NCBI RefSeq assembly: GCF_026626685.1
Contig: NZ_JAPNJX010000021.1
Coordinates: forward strand, 297,329 to 361,328
DNA: 64,000 bases
Reading direction: 5' to 3'
Source of the DNA: Nannocystis sp. SCPEA4
Lineage (GTDB): Bacteria > Myxococcota_A > Polyangia > Nannocystales > Nannocystaceae
Shown here one piece after another: positions 48,593 to 57,766 of this stretch. The notes below the pieces were generated by a model. It was not told the origin of the DNA and searched no databases. It was given only the letters and a program-made list of their open reading frames with translations. The position numbers and the translations under genes were made by a program. Position 1 is the stretch's first letter. Every line of letters starts with the position of its first letter.

Positions 48593-48616
48593 AGCACATG
48601 CCCCCAGAGACATGTG
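48593..48616. repeat. Two copies of the 14-bp-period element (AGCACATGCC-ccca-GAGACATGTG) between convergent stops of the AraC regulator and the lipoprotein gene
   Basis: Read directly. Confidence 0.55.
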
Positions 48617-48634
48617 CTTCGCGCCGCCCGGCGG

Positions 48635-49780
48635 TCAGCCGACCGGCTCGGTCACCGGCCCGGCCGCGTCGCCGCAGTGCCACTGGAAGTTGTCGACCAG
48701 CACGAAGCTGTCCCAGTTGACGTCGTCGAGGTCGAAGATCGCCAGTACCAGCTCGATGGTCTCGCCGGGCGCCACGTCGGCGGTGGTCGTCAGCCACTTC
48801 GTGCCGGCGCTGTAGCGCATGCACGTGCCGGCGAACTCGGGTAGATCGCCGGCGTCGTCGTACAGCTCGAGGAACGCCGCGTTGAGCGACAGCGCCTTGC
48901 CCTGATCGTCGAACGAGATGTTGCCGGTCCAGTTGGTCGACTGCAGCCAGCCGATGAACATGTCGTTGTACGGCTGGTTCTTCCACGTCGGATACTCCTT
49001 GGTGAAGAACGCCAGATCGAAGCTGAACGACTCGGCGCCCTCGGGGACCGTCGCGGAGAAGCGCAGCTCCTGGTAGTCGTACTTGAAGCCGCTCTGCTCG
49101 AACTGGTTCTCGATCGTCTTCGAGCAGTCGCCGGTGCCGACCAGCGACGGATCGGCCAGGCAATCGCCCTGGACCGGCTGCTTGGTGATCGGCGGCGGGA
49201 ATTTGGTCGTGTCCATGCCGTCGCCGGGCTCGAACCACGAGTTGCAGTGATAGGCGACGTCGCCCTCGTCGGCCGGCACGTCGTGCATCTGCGCCAGGTC
49301 GCCCGTGCTGAGCACCAGGAAGCTGCTGCCCTCGCGCGGCGTGAACGTGGCGGCCTCGCCCCACTGCGAGATGACCCGCAGCCCGGCCGCGTTGCCGTCG
49401 AAGCCGCCGGTCACCGCGACCTCGCCGGGGCAGTTGAGGCCGATCGCCTGCAGCGGGTCGCCGTCGACCGCGTCGCAGGCGGTGTGCAGCTCGGCCGAGC
49501 ACTCCTCGCCGCCGCCGAAGTCGGGCGTGCCGACGTCGAGCAGCGGCCCGCCCGTCGACGTCGGCGCGCCGGTGCTGTCGTCGCTGGTCGTCGCGCCGGG
49601 GGGCTCGCTCGTCGTCGGCGGCCCGCCGGTCGACGGATCGGTCGTCCCCGTCGGCGGGAGCGAGGTCGCGCCCGTGACCCCCGTGGCCCCCGTATTGGTG
49701 CTCCCGCCGTCGTCTCCGCACGCGAGGAGGAGGAGCGAGGCGCACGACAGGACAGGACCCGCACAAGACAACAGCCGCAT
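48635..49780 (-). CDS. Lipoprotein with T/S/P/G-rich linker and a conserved C-terminal domain of unknown function
   Basis: Start at MRLLSCAGPVLSCASLLLLAC (lipobox); the listed ORF starts 24 codons upstream at a GTG. Confidence 0.6.
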   Translation of the reverse strand: MRLLSCAGPVLSCASLLLLACGDDGGSTNTGATGVTGATSLPPTGTTDPSTGGPPTTSEPPGATTSDDSTGAPTSTGGPLLDVGTPDFGGGEECSAELHTACDAVDGDPLQAIGLNCPGEVAVTGGFDGNAAGLRVISQWGEAATFTPREGSSFLVLSTGDLAQMHDVPADEGDVAYHCNSWFEPGDGMDTTKFPPPITKQPVQGDCLADPSLVGTGDCSKTIENQFEQSGFKYDYQELRFSATVPEGAESFSFDLAFFTKEYPTWKNQPYNDMFIGWLQSTNWTGNISFDDQGKALSLNAAFLELYDDAGDLPEFAGTCMRYSAGTKWLTTTADVAPGETIELVLAIFDLDDVNWDSFVLVDNFQWHCGDAAGPVTEPVG

Positions 49781-50118
49781 GGGTCCACACGTTATCACGC
49801 CGCGCCAGCCTACTCGCGCCGATGCGCCGCGGACGAAGATGTCCGAAGTCACTGGTTTTCCGCCGGACGGTCGTCCGAATTTCCGGCATCCGCGGTGTGC
49901 TCATTGCGAGGTCGCCGGGACCCAGCCCGACCGGAAATCATAGGAGTCGGCCCGCGGCCGATTCCTCGCACCGATTGCACCGAGGCGGCCCCCCACGCGA
50001 CGAGGCGGAGCCCGGCGTCGTCCCCCGCATCTCCGCGACGGACTCCTCGCTACCGGCAGCCTGCACGCGCGCCCGCGCGCCGCCCCGCTCGCCGCGGACC
50101 ACGGTATAGTGCCCCGGC

Positions 50119-51513
50119 GTGTCTCCCAAGCCCGCTCCTCCTCGCTGGCGCCGCCGGCTCCTCGTCGGCCTCGGCGTCGCGCTGCTGGCCGCGATCGTCT
50201 TCCTCGCCGGGTGGATCTTGCCGACGGCGACCGGCTACGTGGCCAAGAACGCCTGCTCGGCCGTGTTCGTGGCCGGCCGCGCTCCGGACCGCGTCGGCGC
50301 CGAGGACCTCGCGCCGCAATCGTACGTGTCGTTCACCGTCGACCGCGAGCAGCGACGCGTCCGCGCCAGCGTGTTCGGCCTGGCCGCGCGGACGGCCGTG
50401 TACCGCGACGGCCTCGGCTGCGCCCTGGCGATCGACGCCACCCCGGAGTCGCTGCAGGCCCAGACCCTCGCGCTGGCGCACGCGCCCGCGAGCGACGCTC
50501 CGTGGCCGGCCGGCGAGGGCGAGCGCCTGGCCGCCGATCCGCCCGGGCTCGACCGGGCCGCGCTCGACGCAGCCGTCGCCGCCGCGTTCGCCGAGCCGAA
50601 CCCCGACTCGCTCCGCCGCACCCGCGCCGTCGTCGTCGTCCACGGCGGGGCGATCGTCGCCGAGCGCTACGCCGACGGCTTCGACCGCGACACGCGGCAC
50701 CTCGGCTGGTCGATGTCGAAGAGCATCACGAGCGCGCTGGTCGGGATCCTCGTCGGCCGCGGCCTGCTGACCCGCGACGCACCCGCGCCGGTGCCCGCGT
50801 GGGCCGACGACCCGCGCCGCGCGGTCACCCTCGACCAGCTGCTGCGGATGAGCAGCGGCCTCGAGTTCGAGGAGCGCTACGGCCCGCTCGCCGACGCCAC
50901 GCACATGCTGTTCGAGGTCGACGACGCCGCCGACGTGGCCCTGGCGCGGCCGCTCGCGCACGACCCCGACACCGTGTTCTCCTACTCGAGCGGCACCACC
51001 AACATCCTCAGCTGGATCGTGCGCCGTCAGTTCCCCGAGCTCGCGGCCTACCACCGCTTCCCGCACGAGGCCCTGTTCGCGCCGCTCGGCATGCGCTCCG
51101 CCGTGTTCGAGACCGACGCCAGCGGCACCTTCCTCGGCTCCTCGTTCGTCTACGCGACCGCGCGCGACTGGGCCCGCTTCGGTCTGCTGTACCTGCGCGA
51201 CGGCGTGTGGGACGGCGCGCGGATCCTCCCGGAGGGCTGGGTCGCGTACAGCCGCACGCCGACGAAGACCGGCACCGGCGACTACGCGGCGCACTTCTGG
51301 GCCAACGCGCCCGACCCCGCCGACCCGAACAAGCGCCGCCTGCCGCACGTGCCCGCCGACGCCTACCAGGCCTCCGGCTTCCAGGGCCAGGCGGTCCTCA
51401 TCGTGCCGTCGCGCGACGCGGTGATCGTCCGCCTCGGCATGACCCACGACCGCGGGGCCTGGGACCTCGATGGCTTCGCGTCCGCGGTGCTCGCCGCGCT
51501 GCCCGCCACCTGA
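50119..51513 (+). CDS. Serine hydrolase of the beta-lactamase/esterase family (class C-like), membrane-anchored
   Basis: N-terminal TM; SxxK motif SMSKSITS; YSSGTTN (Y-x-N-like); 464 aa; GTG start with no clear SD, so start is uncertain. Confidence 0.7.
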   Translation: MSPKPAPPRWRRRLLVGLGVALLAAIVFLAGWILPTATGYVAKNACSAVFVAGRAPDRVGAEDLAPQSYVSFTVDREQRRVRASVFGLAARTAVYRDGLGCALAIDATPESLQAQTLALAHAPASDAPWPAGEGERLAADPPGLDRAALDAAVAAAFAEPNPDSLRRTRAVVVVHGGAIVAERYADGFDRDTRHLGWSMSKSITSALVGILVGRGLLTRDAPAPVPAWADDPRRAVTLDQLLRMSSGLEFEERYGPLADATHMLFEVDDAADVALARPLAHDPDTVFSYSSGTTNILSWIVRRQFPELAAYHRFPHEALFAPLGMRSAVFETDASGTFLGSSFVYATARDWARFGLLYLRDGVWDGARILPEGWVAYSRTPTKTGTGDYAAHFWANAPDPADPNKRRLPHVPADAYQASGFQGQAVLIVPSRDAVIVRLGMTHDRGAWDLDGFASAVLAALPAT

Positions 51514-51563
51514 GGCCACACGCCGGAGTTCGGCGTGGAAGCTGGTCTTTCACACCTATTCCA

Positions 51564-51629
51564 AAGGACATGATGCAGAGAACATGCCCGATCGGGCATG
51601 CCTTCCGTGACATGCCCTACGGGCCTGTC
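51564..51629. repeat. Tandem array, 5 copies, 14-bp period (10-mer core NGNACATGCC + 4-nt spacer): AGGACATGAT-gcag-AGAACATGCC-cgat-CGGGCATGCC-ttcc-GTGACATGCC-ctac-GGGCCTGTCC
   Basis: Read directly from the sequence; CATG (or one-mismatch variant) at the same phase in every unit; lies between convergent gene ends (50119..51513 + and 51808..53052 -). Confidence 0.85.
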
Positions 51630-51739
51630 CGGAGCAGCGCCACGCTCGCCTGTCCCGACGCGCCGGCGACATGCTCGTCTCGCCCTCCCGTCTGTGCCGA
51701 GCGGCCGAGCGGTCCTGCCGCCGCATCCCCGGCCTGTGG

Positions 51740-51791
51740 CGTCATGTCCTCCCGAGCATGCTCCATCAGACATGCTCTTTAAAACATGTCT
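51740..51791. repeat. Tandem array, 4 copies, same 14-bp family: CGTCATGTCC-tccc-GAGCATGCTC-catc-AGACATGCTC-ttta-AAACATGTCT
   Basis: Read directly; ~110 bp from the previous array in the same intergenic region; locally AT-rich. Confidence 0.8.
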
Positions 51792-51807
51792 ATTCAAAAA
51801 ATTCGCG

Positions 51808-53052
51808 TCACAGGTCCTCCACCGCGACGCTCGTGCACTCCGGCGGCGCCGTGATCGGATTGCAGCGGGCCGGATTGCCGTCGGGGAATTCGAGCCAGTA
51901 GGTCATCCCGTCGACGGCCGCCGGGAAGTCGTCCTTGAGCATGTGGATCCCCGCGGCCTTGGCGGCCGCCATCCGCTCCGTGCATTCGCCGTCGTCGTCG
52001 CCCGCGCCGCACACGTTGGTGGCGATCAGCATCCTCGCCGCGTGCGCCTGCGTCAGCGCCTCGGTCTCGTCGATCCCGAGCTTGGCGATCGCCGCCCACC
52101 CCGCGGTGAACTGGTTCGGCGTCGCGCGGGCGAACATCGCCCGGCCGTCCAGCGACGTGAACCCGTCGGTGTAGTTCTCCGCGTGGCCGTCCTCGACGTT
52201 GAGCAGCACCACCAGGACCTGCCCGCGCACCTGCGCCAGCGTCGGCCAGCCGTCGGCCTCGAGCGCCGCGCGCACGTTCAGGTGGTCGCCGCGCAGGTCG
52301 TCGGGCGTGAACAGCTGCTCGGGCGGCAGCGCCTCGCGGATCACGTCGTCGATCGCGTCGAGGTCGCCGGCGCCGATCGGCAGCCCGCCGGTCGAGTCCT
52401 TGATCTCGATCCACACCACGATCGGCACGTGCTCCGGGTGCGCCAGCGACCACCCGCCGATCATCCCCAGGCACCCGGACAGGGTCGAGCAGGTCGCCAC
52501 CGAGTCGATCACGGAGATGTGATAGACCTCGAACTCGCTCACGCCCCTGTGCACGTCGAGCTCGAACGCCCGCACGCCCTGCGCGTCGAGCTGCACGTCG
52601 AGCGGCGCGTGGCTGTACTCGTGGCTGGCGTCGAACGCGATCAGCGGCTCGAGGTGGTAGCTGTTGTGCGTGCCCTTGACCTGCACGTGCTGCAGCGTCA
52701 ACACGTCGTCGAGCGATCCGCCGCCGGTCGTGTCGGTGTCACCGGTCGTCGTCGATGTCGAGCTCGTCGAGCTCGTCGCCGTCGAGGTCGTCGACGTCAG
52801 CGCCTCGCTGGTCGCCGTCGCCGCCTCCGACGTCGAGGTCGTCGACGTCGTCTCCCCGCCGGAGCCCGAGCCGGACGTCGGCGTCGTGGTGGTCGGCGCG
52901 TCCGTGGTCGTCCCGGTGCCCGTGCTCGTGCCTGTGCCCGTGCTCGTGCCCGTCGCCGTCTCGCCCGTCGCGCCGCCCGGGGCTGGATCGCCGCAACCCG
53001 CCAGCCCCAGCGCTCCACACAACAACCCGCGTATCAGCCCGCTCGCGCGCAT
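51808..53052 (-). CDS. PI-PLC X-domain-like phosphodiesterase lipoprotein (Ca-dependent phosphatidylinositol-specific phospholipase C-like)
   Basis: Start MRASGLIRGLLCGALGLAGC (lipobox) with GAGGA ~8 nt upstream; long T/S/G linker; catalytic-region motif VKGTHNSYHLEPL. Confidence 0.65.
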   Translation of the reverse strand: MRASGLIRGLLCGALGLAGCGDPAPGGATGETATGTSTGTGTSTGTGTTTDAPTTTTPTSGSGSGGETTSTTSTSEAATATSEALTSTTSTATSSTSSTSTTTGDTDTTGGGSLDDVLTLQHVQVKGTHNSYHLEPLIAFDASHEYSHAPLDVQLDAQGVRAFELDVHRGVSEFEVYHISVIDSVATCSTLSGCLGMIGGWSLAHPEHVPIVVWIEIKDSTGGLPIGAGDLDAIDDVIREALPPEQLFTPDDLRGDHLNVRAALEADGWPTLAQVRGQVLVVLLNVEDGHAENYTDGFTSLDGRAMFARATPNQFTAGWAAIAKLGIDETEALTQAHAARMLIATNVCGAGDDDGECTERMAAAKAAGIHMLKDDFPAAVDGMTYWLEFPDGNPARCNPITAPPECTSVAVEDL

Positions 53053-53160
53053 GCGAGCATCCTCGCACGCCTCGAGCGCGTCTGTCACGGCCACGTGTCG
53101 GCGCACCGGTGTCGTGCGATGCTGCGTGGCCCCGGTGCGCATGATCCCGCAGCCCTTCCC

Positions 53161-53791
53161 CGTCGTCCGCGACTTCGTCCGCGACCGCGATCCGGCGTTC
53201 TACGGCCGCTACCGCCTGTGGTTCCAGCAGGTCGCGCCCTGGTTCGACGATTACCGGGCGCTGATCCCCGTGCGGCCGGGCGCGACCGCCGAGCTCGACG
53301 CCACGCTGGAGGCGCTGCCTTCCCAGAACTGGCCGTTCCAGCGCATCAACCGCGACGAGCACGCCGGCGGCTGGTCGCTCGACCGCGGCGAGCCGGGTCA
53401 GGACCTGCTGTCGCTCGAGCAGCTGTCGGACGTCTGCTACATCGACGCGCGCAACCTGCACTGGGCGCTCGATCGCCTGGCCGTGTTCCTCGTCGACGCG
53501 CACCTGTTCGTGCGCTCGACCGGCGACGGCGACGATCGCTGGCTCGACGAGTACACCCTCGCCGAGGGCTGCGCCGAGGTCCATCGCTGGCTGTGCCCCG
53601 ACCCCGAGTGGGCCGGCGTGTTCAGCGTGTACGAGTCGCTGGTGCGCGAGCGCCCCGACGACCCGCAGCTGCGCCGCTTCGTCGCCTTCGCCCACCGCGA
53701 GCGGGCCGCCGCGCTCGGCGGACCGCGCAGCCGCCAGAGCCGCGAGCACCTCGACCGCGCCCGCGAGCTCGACCCCGACGGTGCGGCGTGA
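53161..53791 (+). CDS. Hypothetical protein (210 aa)
   Basis: Normal-composition C-terminal part of listed ORF 52664..53791, starting MIPQPFPVVRDFVRDRDPAFYGRYRLWFQQ...; divergent from the PLC-like gene. Confidence 0.5.
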
Positions 53792-53794
53792 CGA

Positions 53795-53818
53795 AGGACA
53801 TGTCCGCAGGGACATCTC
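53795..53818. repeat. Two copies of the 14-bp-period element: AGGACATGTC-cgca-GGGACATCTC (contains the perfect palindrome GGACATGTCC)
   Basis: Read directly; fills the 57-bp gap between convergent stops (53791 and 53849). Confidence 0.7.
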
Positions 53819-53848
53819 CTGCCAATGGGCCCGAACCGCCGGCGCGCG

Positions 53849-54868
53849 TCAGCCCCGGCGCCCGCGCGAGCGCCAGATCACCGCGTCGACGATGTAATGA
53901 TGGAAGTTCACCGTCTGATGGCAGACCAGCACGAACGGCAGCACGTCCCACGACATGCGGCCGGTCGCCTGTCCGAGCGTGAAGTAGAACCCGGCGCCGA
54001 GCGCCAGGCACACCAGCGCGTAGCGCAGCGCCTGGTCCGGCTGGCACAGGCGTGACAGGAACGGCCGCTGCGGGTCGACGCCGCGCTCGAACCGGCGCAC
54101 GTTCATCGCCCACACGAACAGCAGGTACTGCGCGTTGTGCCAGATGTTGATGAACAGCCAGCCGGGCGTGATCTCCGGGATCGCGATGTAGCTGACCGCC
54201 GTGATCACCACGTGCGACAGCACGAACAGCGCCTGCCCGGCGCTGCGCGGTCGGCCCGATCGCAGCGACCGCAGGTGACGCAGCGTCCACGCGGCCAGCG
54301 CCGCGAGGGCCACCACCCCGGCGGCCGTCACCAGCAGCTTCGGCACCGGCGGCAGCCACAACGGCCCGCCGTAGAACAGCGCCGGTCCCTGGTGCGCGCG
54401 GTGCAGCAGGCCCCACAGCGGCCACGCGAACACCACCACGTCGCTGAGGCGATCGCCGGCCGGGTCGACGCCGGCGCTGCGGTGGTAGGCGCGGGCGATC
54501 CCGTAGCTCTGGCGGGTGTAGTGCCACGATTGCCACAAGAAATAGATGGTGTTGACCGCCAGCACGCCGCCGAGGGTCACCGCCCCGGCCGTGGCCGCGA
54601 ACACCAGCGGCGGCAGGCCGAACAGCAGGAACGCGTGGGCTCGCGCGCCGTGGCGGTCGAAGGCGATCCGCGTGAACGTCGACGCCGCGTGGGGATACGC
54701 GAGCAGCCAGAAGTCGACGGCGATCACCGCGGCGAACAGCGCCGGCGACAGGCAGGCCGCTCCGCCGAGCACCAGCGCCAGCGCCAGCACGCCGACGATC
54801 AGCGACAGATCGAAGCGCGGCCCGCGGAGCCAGTCGACCGAGCGCACCGCGTCGTCGGACCCGCGCAC
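53849..54868 (-). CDS. Polytopic integral membrane protein, unknown family (His-rich motifs HNAQY / HHYIVD suggest a membrane desaturase/hydroxylase-like di-iron fold; speculative)
   Basis: GGAGG 9 nt upstream of GTG start; ~8 hydrophobic segments; 339 aa. Confidence 0.6.
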   Translation of the reverse strand: MRGSDDAVRSVDWLRGPRFDLSLIVGVLALALVLGGAACLSPALFAAVIAVDFWLLAYPHAASTFTRIAFDRHGARAHAFLLFGLPPLVFAATAGAVTLGGVLAVNTIYFLWQSWHYTRQSYGIARAYHRSAGVDPAGDRLSDVVVFAWPLWGLLHRAHQGPALFYGGPLWLPPVPKLLVTAAGVVALAALAAWTLRHLRSLRSGRPRSAGQALFVLSHVVITAVSYIAIPEITPGWLFINIWHNAQYLLFVWAMNVRRFERGVDPQRPFLSRLCQPDQALRYALVCLALGAGFYFTLGQATGRMSWDVLPFVLVCHQTVNFHHYIVDAVIWRSRGRRG

Positions 54869-54970
54869 GGCTAGCGCCTCCGAGCCCGCGTCGGGACGGC
54901 CTGATGATCGCAGCCGCGGCCGCAGCCCTGAAGGCTCACGACGAGCACGTCTCCCCTTCGAGGTCGCGCG

Positions 54971-55276
54971 TCAGGTCGGCGGCGGCGGCAGCGGGCGCGG
55001 CTCCGGCTCCGGCTTGGTCTCGGGCTGCGGCTGCGGCTCGGGCTGCGGCTTCACGTCGGGCTTCGCGTCGGGCGGAGGCGGCGCGTACGTCGTGGTCTTC
55101 GCCGCCTCCGGCTGCTTCGGCGCGGTCTCCTTGTCGCCCGGCTTGGTCGCAGTGGCCCCGCCGGTGCAGCCGGCCAGCGCCACCGCGCCGCCCGTGAGCA
55201 GGAGCAGGACCGACGCCACCGCCCTCAGGGGGGCGCGACGCGTGGAGGATCCGGAGGAGCGCGATGCGGTCGCCAT
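54971..55276 (-). CDS. Small proline/glutamate/lysine-rich lipoprotein (101 aa)
   Basis: Lipobox ALAGC; PEPQPQPETKPEPEP low-complexity tail; paralogous in architecture to 55459..55725. Confidence 0.6.
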   Translation of the reverse strand: MATASRSSGSSTRRAPLRAVASVLLLLTGGAVALAGCTGGATATKPGDKETAPKQPEAAKTTTYAPPPPDAKPDVKPQPEPQPQPETKPEPEPRPLPPPPT

Positions 55277-55361
55277 GCCGTCACGCTAACACGCCGGCTC
55301 GCCGGCGACACGCGATCTCTCGCGCTCGCGACCGCCCCGGTCGCTCGTGAACAACTCTAAA

Positions 55362-55441
55362 CAGACATGCCCGATCGGCCATGTCCCGATCGACATGCTC
55401 CGACGAGCATGCCTTCGAGTGCATGTCCGATCGGACATGTT
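55362..55441. repeat. Tandem array, 6 copies, 14-bp period: CAGACATGCC-cgat-CGGCCATGTC-ccga-TCGACATGCT-ccga-CGAGCATGCC-ttcg-AGTGCATGTC-cgat-CGGACATGTT
   Basis: Read directly; CATG in phase in all six units; sits between the two paralogous P-rich lipoprotein genes. The ATG-containing frames across it create spurious listed ORFs (55347.., 55367.., 55381..). Confidence 0.9.
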
Positions 55442-55458
55442 CGAATGCGCGGTCCGGC

Positions 55459-55725
55459 TCAGGTCACCGGCGGCGGGTGCTCGGGCGGTGCCGGCTCGGG
55501 CGTCGGCTCGGGCTTCGGCTCCGGCGTCGGCTCGGGCTTCGGGTCGGGCGCCGGCTCGGCGATCGGCTCTTGCGCCGGCTTCGGTTCGGCCTGCTGGATC
55601 GGCTTGGACGGCGAGGTCTGGGCGCAGCTCTCGAGGCCGAGGAGCGCAGCGCCGCCGAGCAGGACCGTGACGGCGGCTGCGGCCACGCCGGAGGCGAGCC
55701 GCTGCGTGGAGGGGGGCGTGGGCAT
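55459..55725 (-). CDS. Small proline/glutamate/lysine-rich lipoprotein (88 aa)
   Basis: Signal peptide with lipobox LGLESC; tail KPEPTPEPKPEPTPEPAPPEHPPPVT. Confidence 0.6.
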   Translation of the reverse strand: MPTPPSTQRLASGVAAAAVTVLLGGAALLGLESCAQTSPSKPIQQAEPKPAQEPIAEPAPDPKPEPTPEPKPEPTPEPAPPEHPPPVT

Positions 55726-55865
55726 GGTCGCCAGGCTAACACGCCCGCGCTGGCTGGGTCGCGCGCGGCGCGGGGCGCCCTGGCCGCGCGATCCCGGCCG
55801 CTGCGCCCCGGTCCGCGGGATTGTCTCCTGTCCGGAGCCGGGCGGGCGTATAGTGTCCCGCCTCG

Positions 55866-56840
55866 ATGCTCCTGTCCGAGCTCATCCCGCGCGTCACGTC
55901 CCAGGTCCGCATGCTCGCGGCCGGACTCGCGCTCGACCCGGCGACTCTGGTGGTGCGCCACGTCGCGGGGCCCGGCGATCCCGCCACGACCTCGTTCTCG
56001 ATCGCCGACGCTCACGCCCGCTACTACCTCCAGCTGGCCGAGGACCCTGCGGGCCACGCCGCCCTGCGCCGCTGGCTCGACCTCGGCGCCCTGCTGTCGG
56101 CCCGCTACCACGCGCCGCGGATCCGCGGCTGGCTCGAGATCGTCGACACGCCGTTCGCGGGGCTCCTGTTCGAGCACCCCGACGGCCACGTCGTCGACCT
56201 GTCCCGAGTGCCAGATCTGGGTCAGGCCCTCGGCAGGTTGGTCGGGCGCCTGCACGCCGACCGCGAGCTGGCGGCGCGGCTGCCCGGACCGGCGCCGACC
56301 TGCCGCGACGCCTACCTCGCCGGCCACTGCGCCCGCGCCACCGCCACGCTGAAGGCCACGCGCGCCGCCTGTCCGCCGTTCGTCGACACCGCGACGCTGG
56401 CCTACCTCGCGGCCGAGCTCGATCGCATGACCGCCCAGGTGCGCGCCTCGACGGCCTTCGCGGCGCCCGCCGATCTGCCGATCCACGGCGACCTCCACCC
56501 GGGCCACGTGCGCCTCACCGACAAGGGCACCTTCCACGTGCTCGGCTGGGACACGCTGCGCCTCGGCGATCCGGCGCTCGACCTCGCCGCCCTGCCGCCG
56601 CGCACCGCCGTCGTCGATCCCGGCGCCGACACCATGCAGGCCACGCGGGCCATCCGCGAGCCGTGGCTGTCCGAGCGGGTCGCCCTGCTGCGGCGGGTCC
56701 TCGCGCTGGCCGAGGTCATCGATCCGCTGCACGCGTGGCTCGCGGCCGCGGCCGTGCCCGAAGGTCGCGAGCCGGGGCTGGCGCAGCTCCAGCGCGCGCA
56801 CGAGACGGCGCTGGCGGCGTACCGGCAGGACCACGCGTGA
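55866..56840 (+). CDS. Aminoglycoside-phosphotransferase-like (APH / protein-kinase-like fold) phosphotransferase
   Basis: IHGDLHPGHVRL (HGDxxxxN-type catalytic loop), LGWDTLRLGDPALDLA (DxxxE/D region); 324 aa; no clear SD. Confidence 0.65.
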   Translation: MLLSELIPRVTSQVRMLAAGLALDPATLVVRHVAGPGDPATTSFSIADAHARYYLQLAEDPAGHAALRRWLDLGALLSARYHAPRIRGWLEIVDTPFAGLLFEHPDGHVVDLSRVPDLGQALGRLVGRLHADRELAARLPGPAPTCRDAYLAGHCARATATLKATRAACPPFVDTATLAYLAAELDRMTAQVRASTAFAAPADLPIHGDLHPGHVRLTDKGTFHVLGWDTLRLGDPALDLAALPPRTAVVDPGADTMQATRAIREPWLSERVALLRRVLALAEVIDPLHAWLAAAAVPEGREPGLAQLQRAHETALAAYRQDHA

Positions 56841-57766
56841 GCCGGCCGCGCCCTGCCCCGCCCACCACCAGCGACCTGCCCGCGATCGACAGCCTGCGCT
56901 GCTTCGTCGCCGCCGCCGAGCACCTGAACTTCAGGACAGCCGCCCGCGCCCTCGCGCTGACCCCCGCGGCCGTCGGCCAGCGGATCCGCCTGCTCGAGGA
57001 GCAGCTCGGCGCGACCCTGTTCGCCCGCACCACCCGCTCGGTGCGGCTCACCGACGCCGGTCTGTCGCTGCTGCCGCGCGCGCGCGCCTGCCTCGGCGAG
57101 GCGGCCGCGTGCGTCCGCGTCGTCCGCGGCGAGGACGACCCGCCGCCGATCGAGCTGACCCTCGGCACCCGCTTCGAGCTCGGCATGTCGTGGATCGTGC
57201 CGACCCTGCCGCGCCTGGCGGCCGCGCTGCCGCGGGTCACCATGCACCTGTTCTTCGGGTCAGGTCAGGAGATCGTCGACCGCCTGCGCAGCGGCCTGGT
57301 CGACTGCGCCGTCACCTCGGCCAAGATCGACGACAACCGGCTGCTCGCCGAGCGCCTGCACGAGGAGCGCTACGCCTTCGTCGGCGCGCCCGAGCTGCTG
57401 CAGCGGACCCCGCTCGAGCGTCCCGAGGACGTACCGCGCCACGTCCTGCTCGACATCGACGCCCGCACCCCGCTGTTCGCCTACTTTCGCGGCGCGCCCG
57501 GGGCCCCGGCCCTGCCGCGGTTCGGCGGCCACCGCTGGCTCGGGCTCGGCGCCGCCGTCAAGGTCCAGGTGCTCGCCGGCGAGGGCGTCGCCGTGCTGCC
57601 GATCTACATGATCGAGGCCGAACTGCGGGCCGGTCGCCTGCGCCGGCTGTTCCCCGCGGTCGCGCCGCTCATCGACTATTTCCGCCTGCTCTACCGCGAC
57701 CACGACCCGCGTCAATCGGTGTACCGCGCGCTCGCGGCCGAGCTGGCCCAGACCCCCATCTCCTGA
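56837..57766 (+). CDS. LysR-family transcriptional regulator
   Basis: GTG start overlaps the APH stop (GTGA); HTH IDSLRCFVAAAEHLNFRTAARALALTPAAVGQRIRLLEEQLGATLF; LysR substrate-binding domain. Confidence 0.75.
   Translation: MSRPRPAPPTTSDLPAIDSLRCFVAAAEHLNFRTAARALALTPAAVGQRIRLLEEQLGATLFARTTRSVRLTDAGLSLLPRARACLGEAAACVRVVRGEDDPPPIELTLGTRFELGMSWIVPTLPRLAAALPRVTMHLFFGSGQEIVDRLRSGLVDCAVTSAKIDDNRLLAERLHEERYAFVGAPELLQRTPLERPEDVPRHVLLDIDARTPLFAYFRGAPGAPALPRFGGHRWLGLGAAVKVQVLAGEGVAVLPIYMIEAELRAGRLRRLFPAVAPLIDYFRLLYRDHDPRQSVYRALAAELAQTPIS

Noticed and set aside
55347-56352. Listed ORFs 55347..55670 +, 55367.. + and 55381..56352 + starting inside the six-copy repeat array (peptides like MNNSKQTCPIGHVPIDM..., MSRSTCSDEHAFECMSDRTCS...)
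   Set aside because: Each repeat unit contains ATG (CATG core), so every frame across the array starts an ORF. The repeated TCPIGH/DRTCS peptides are a direct translation of the 14-bp period and immediately run into R-rich non-coding sequence.
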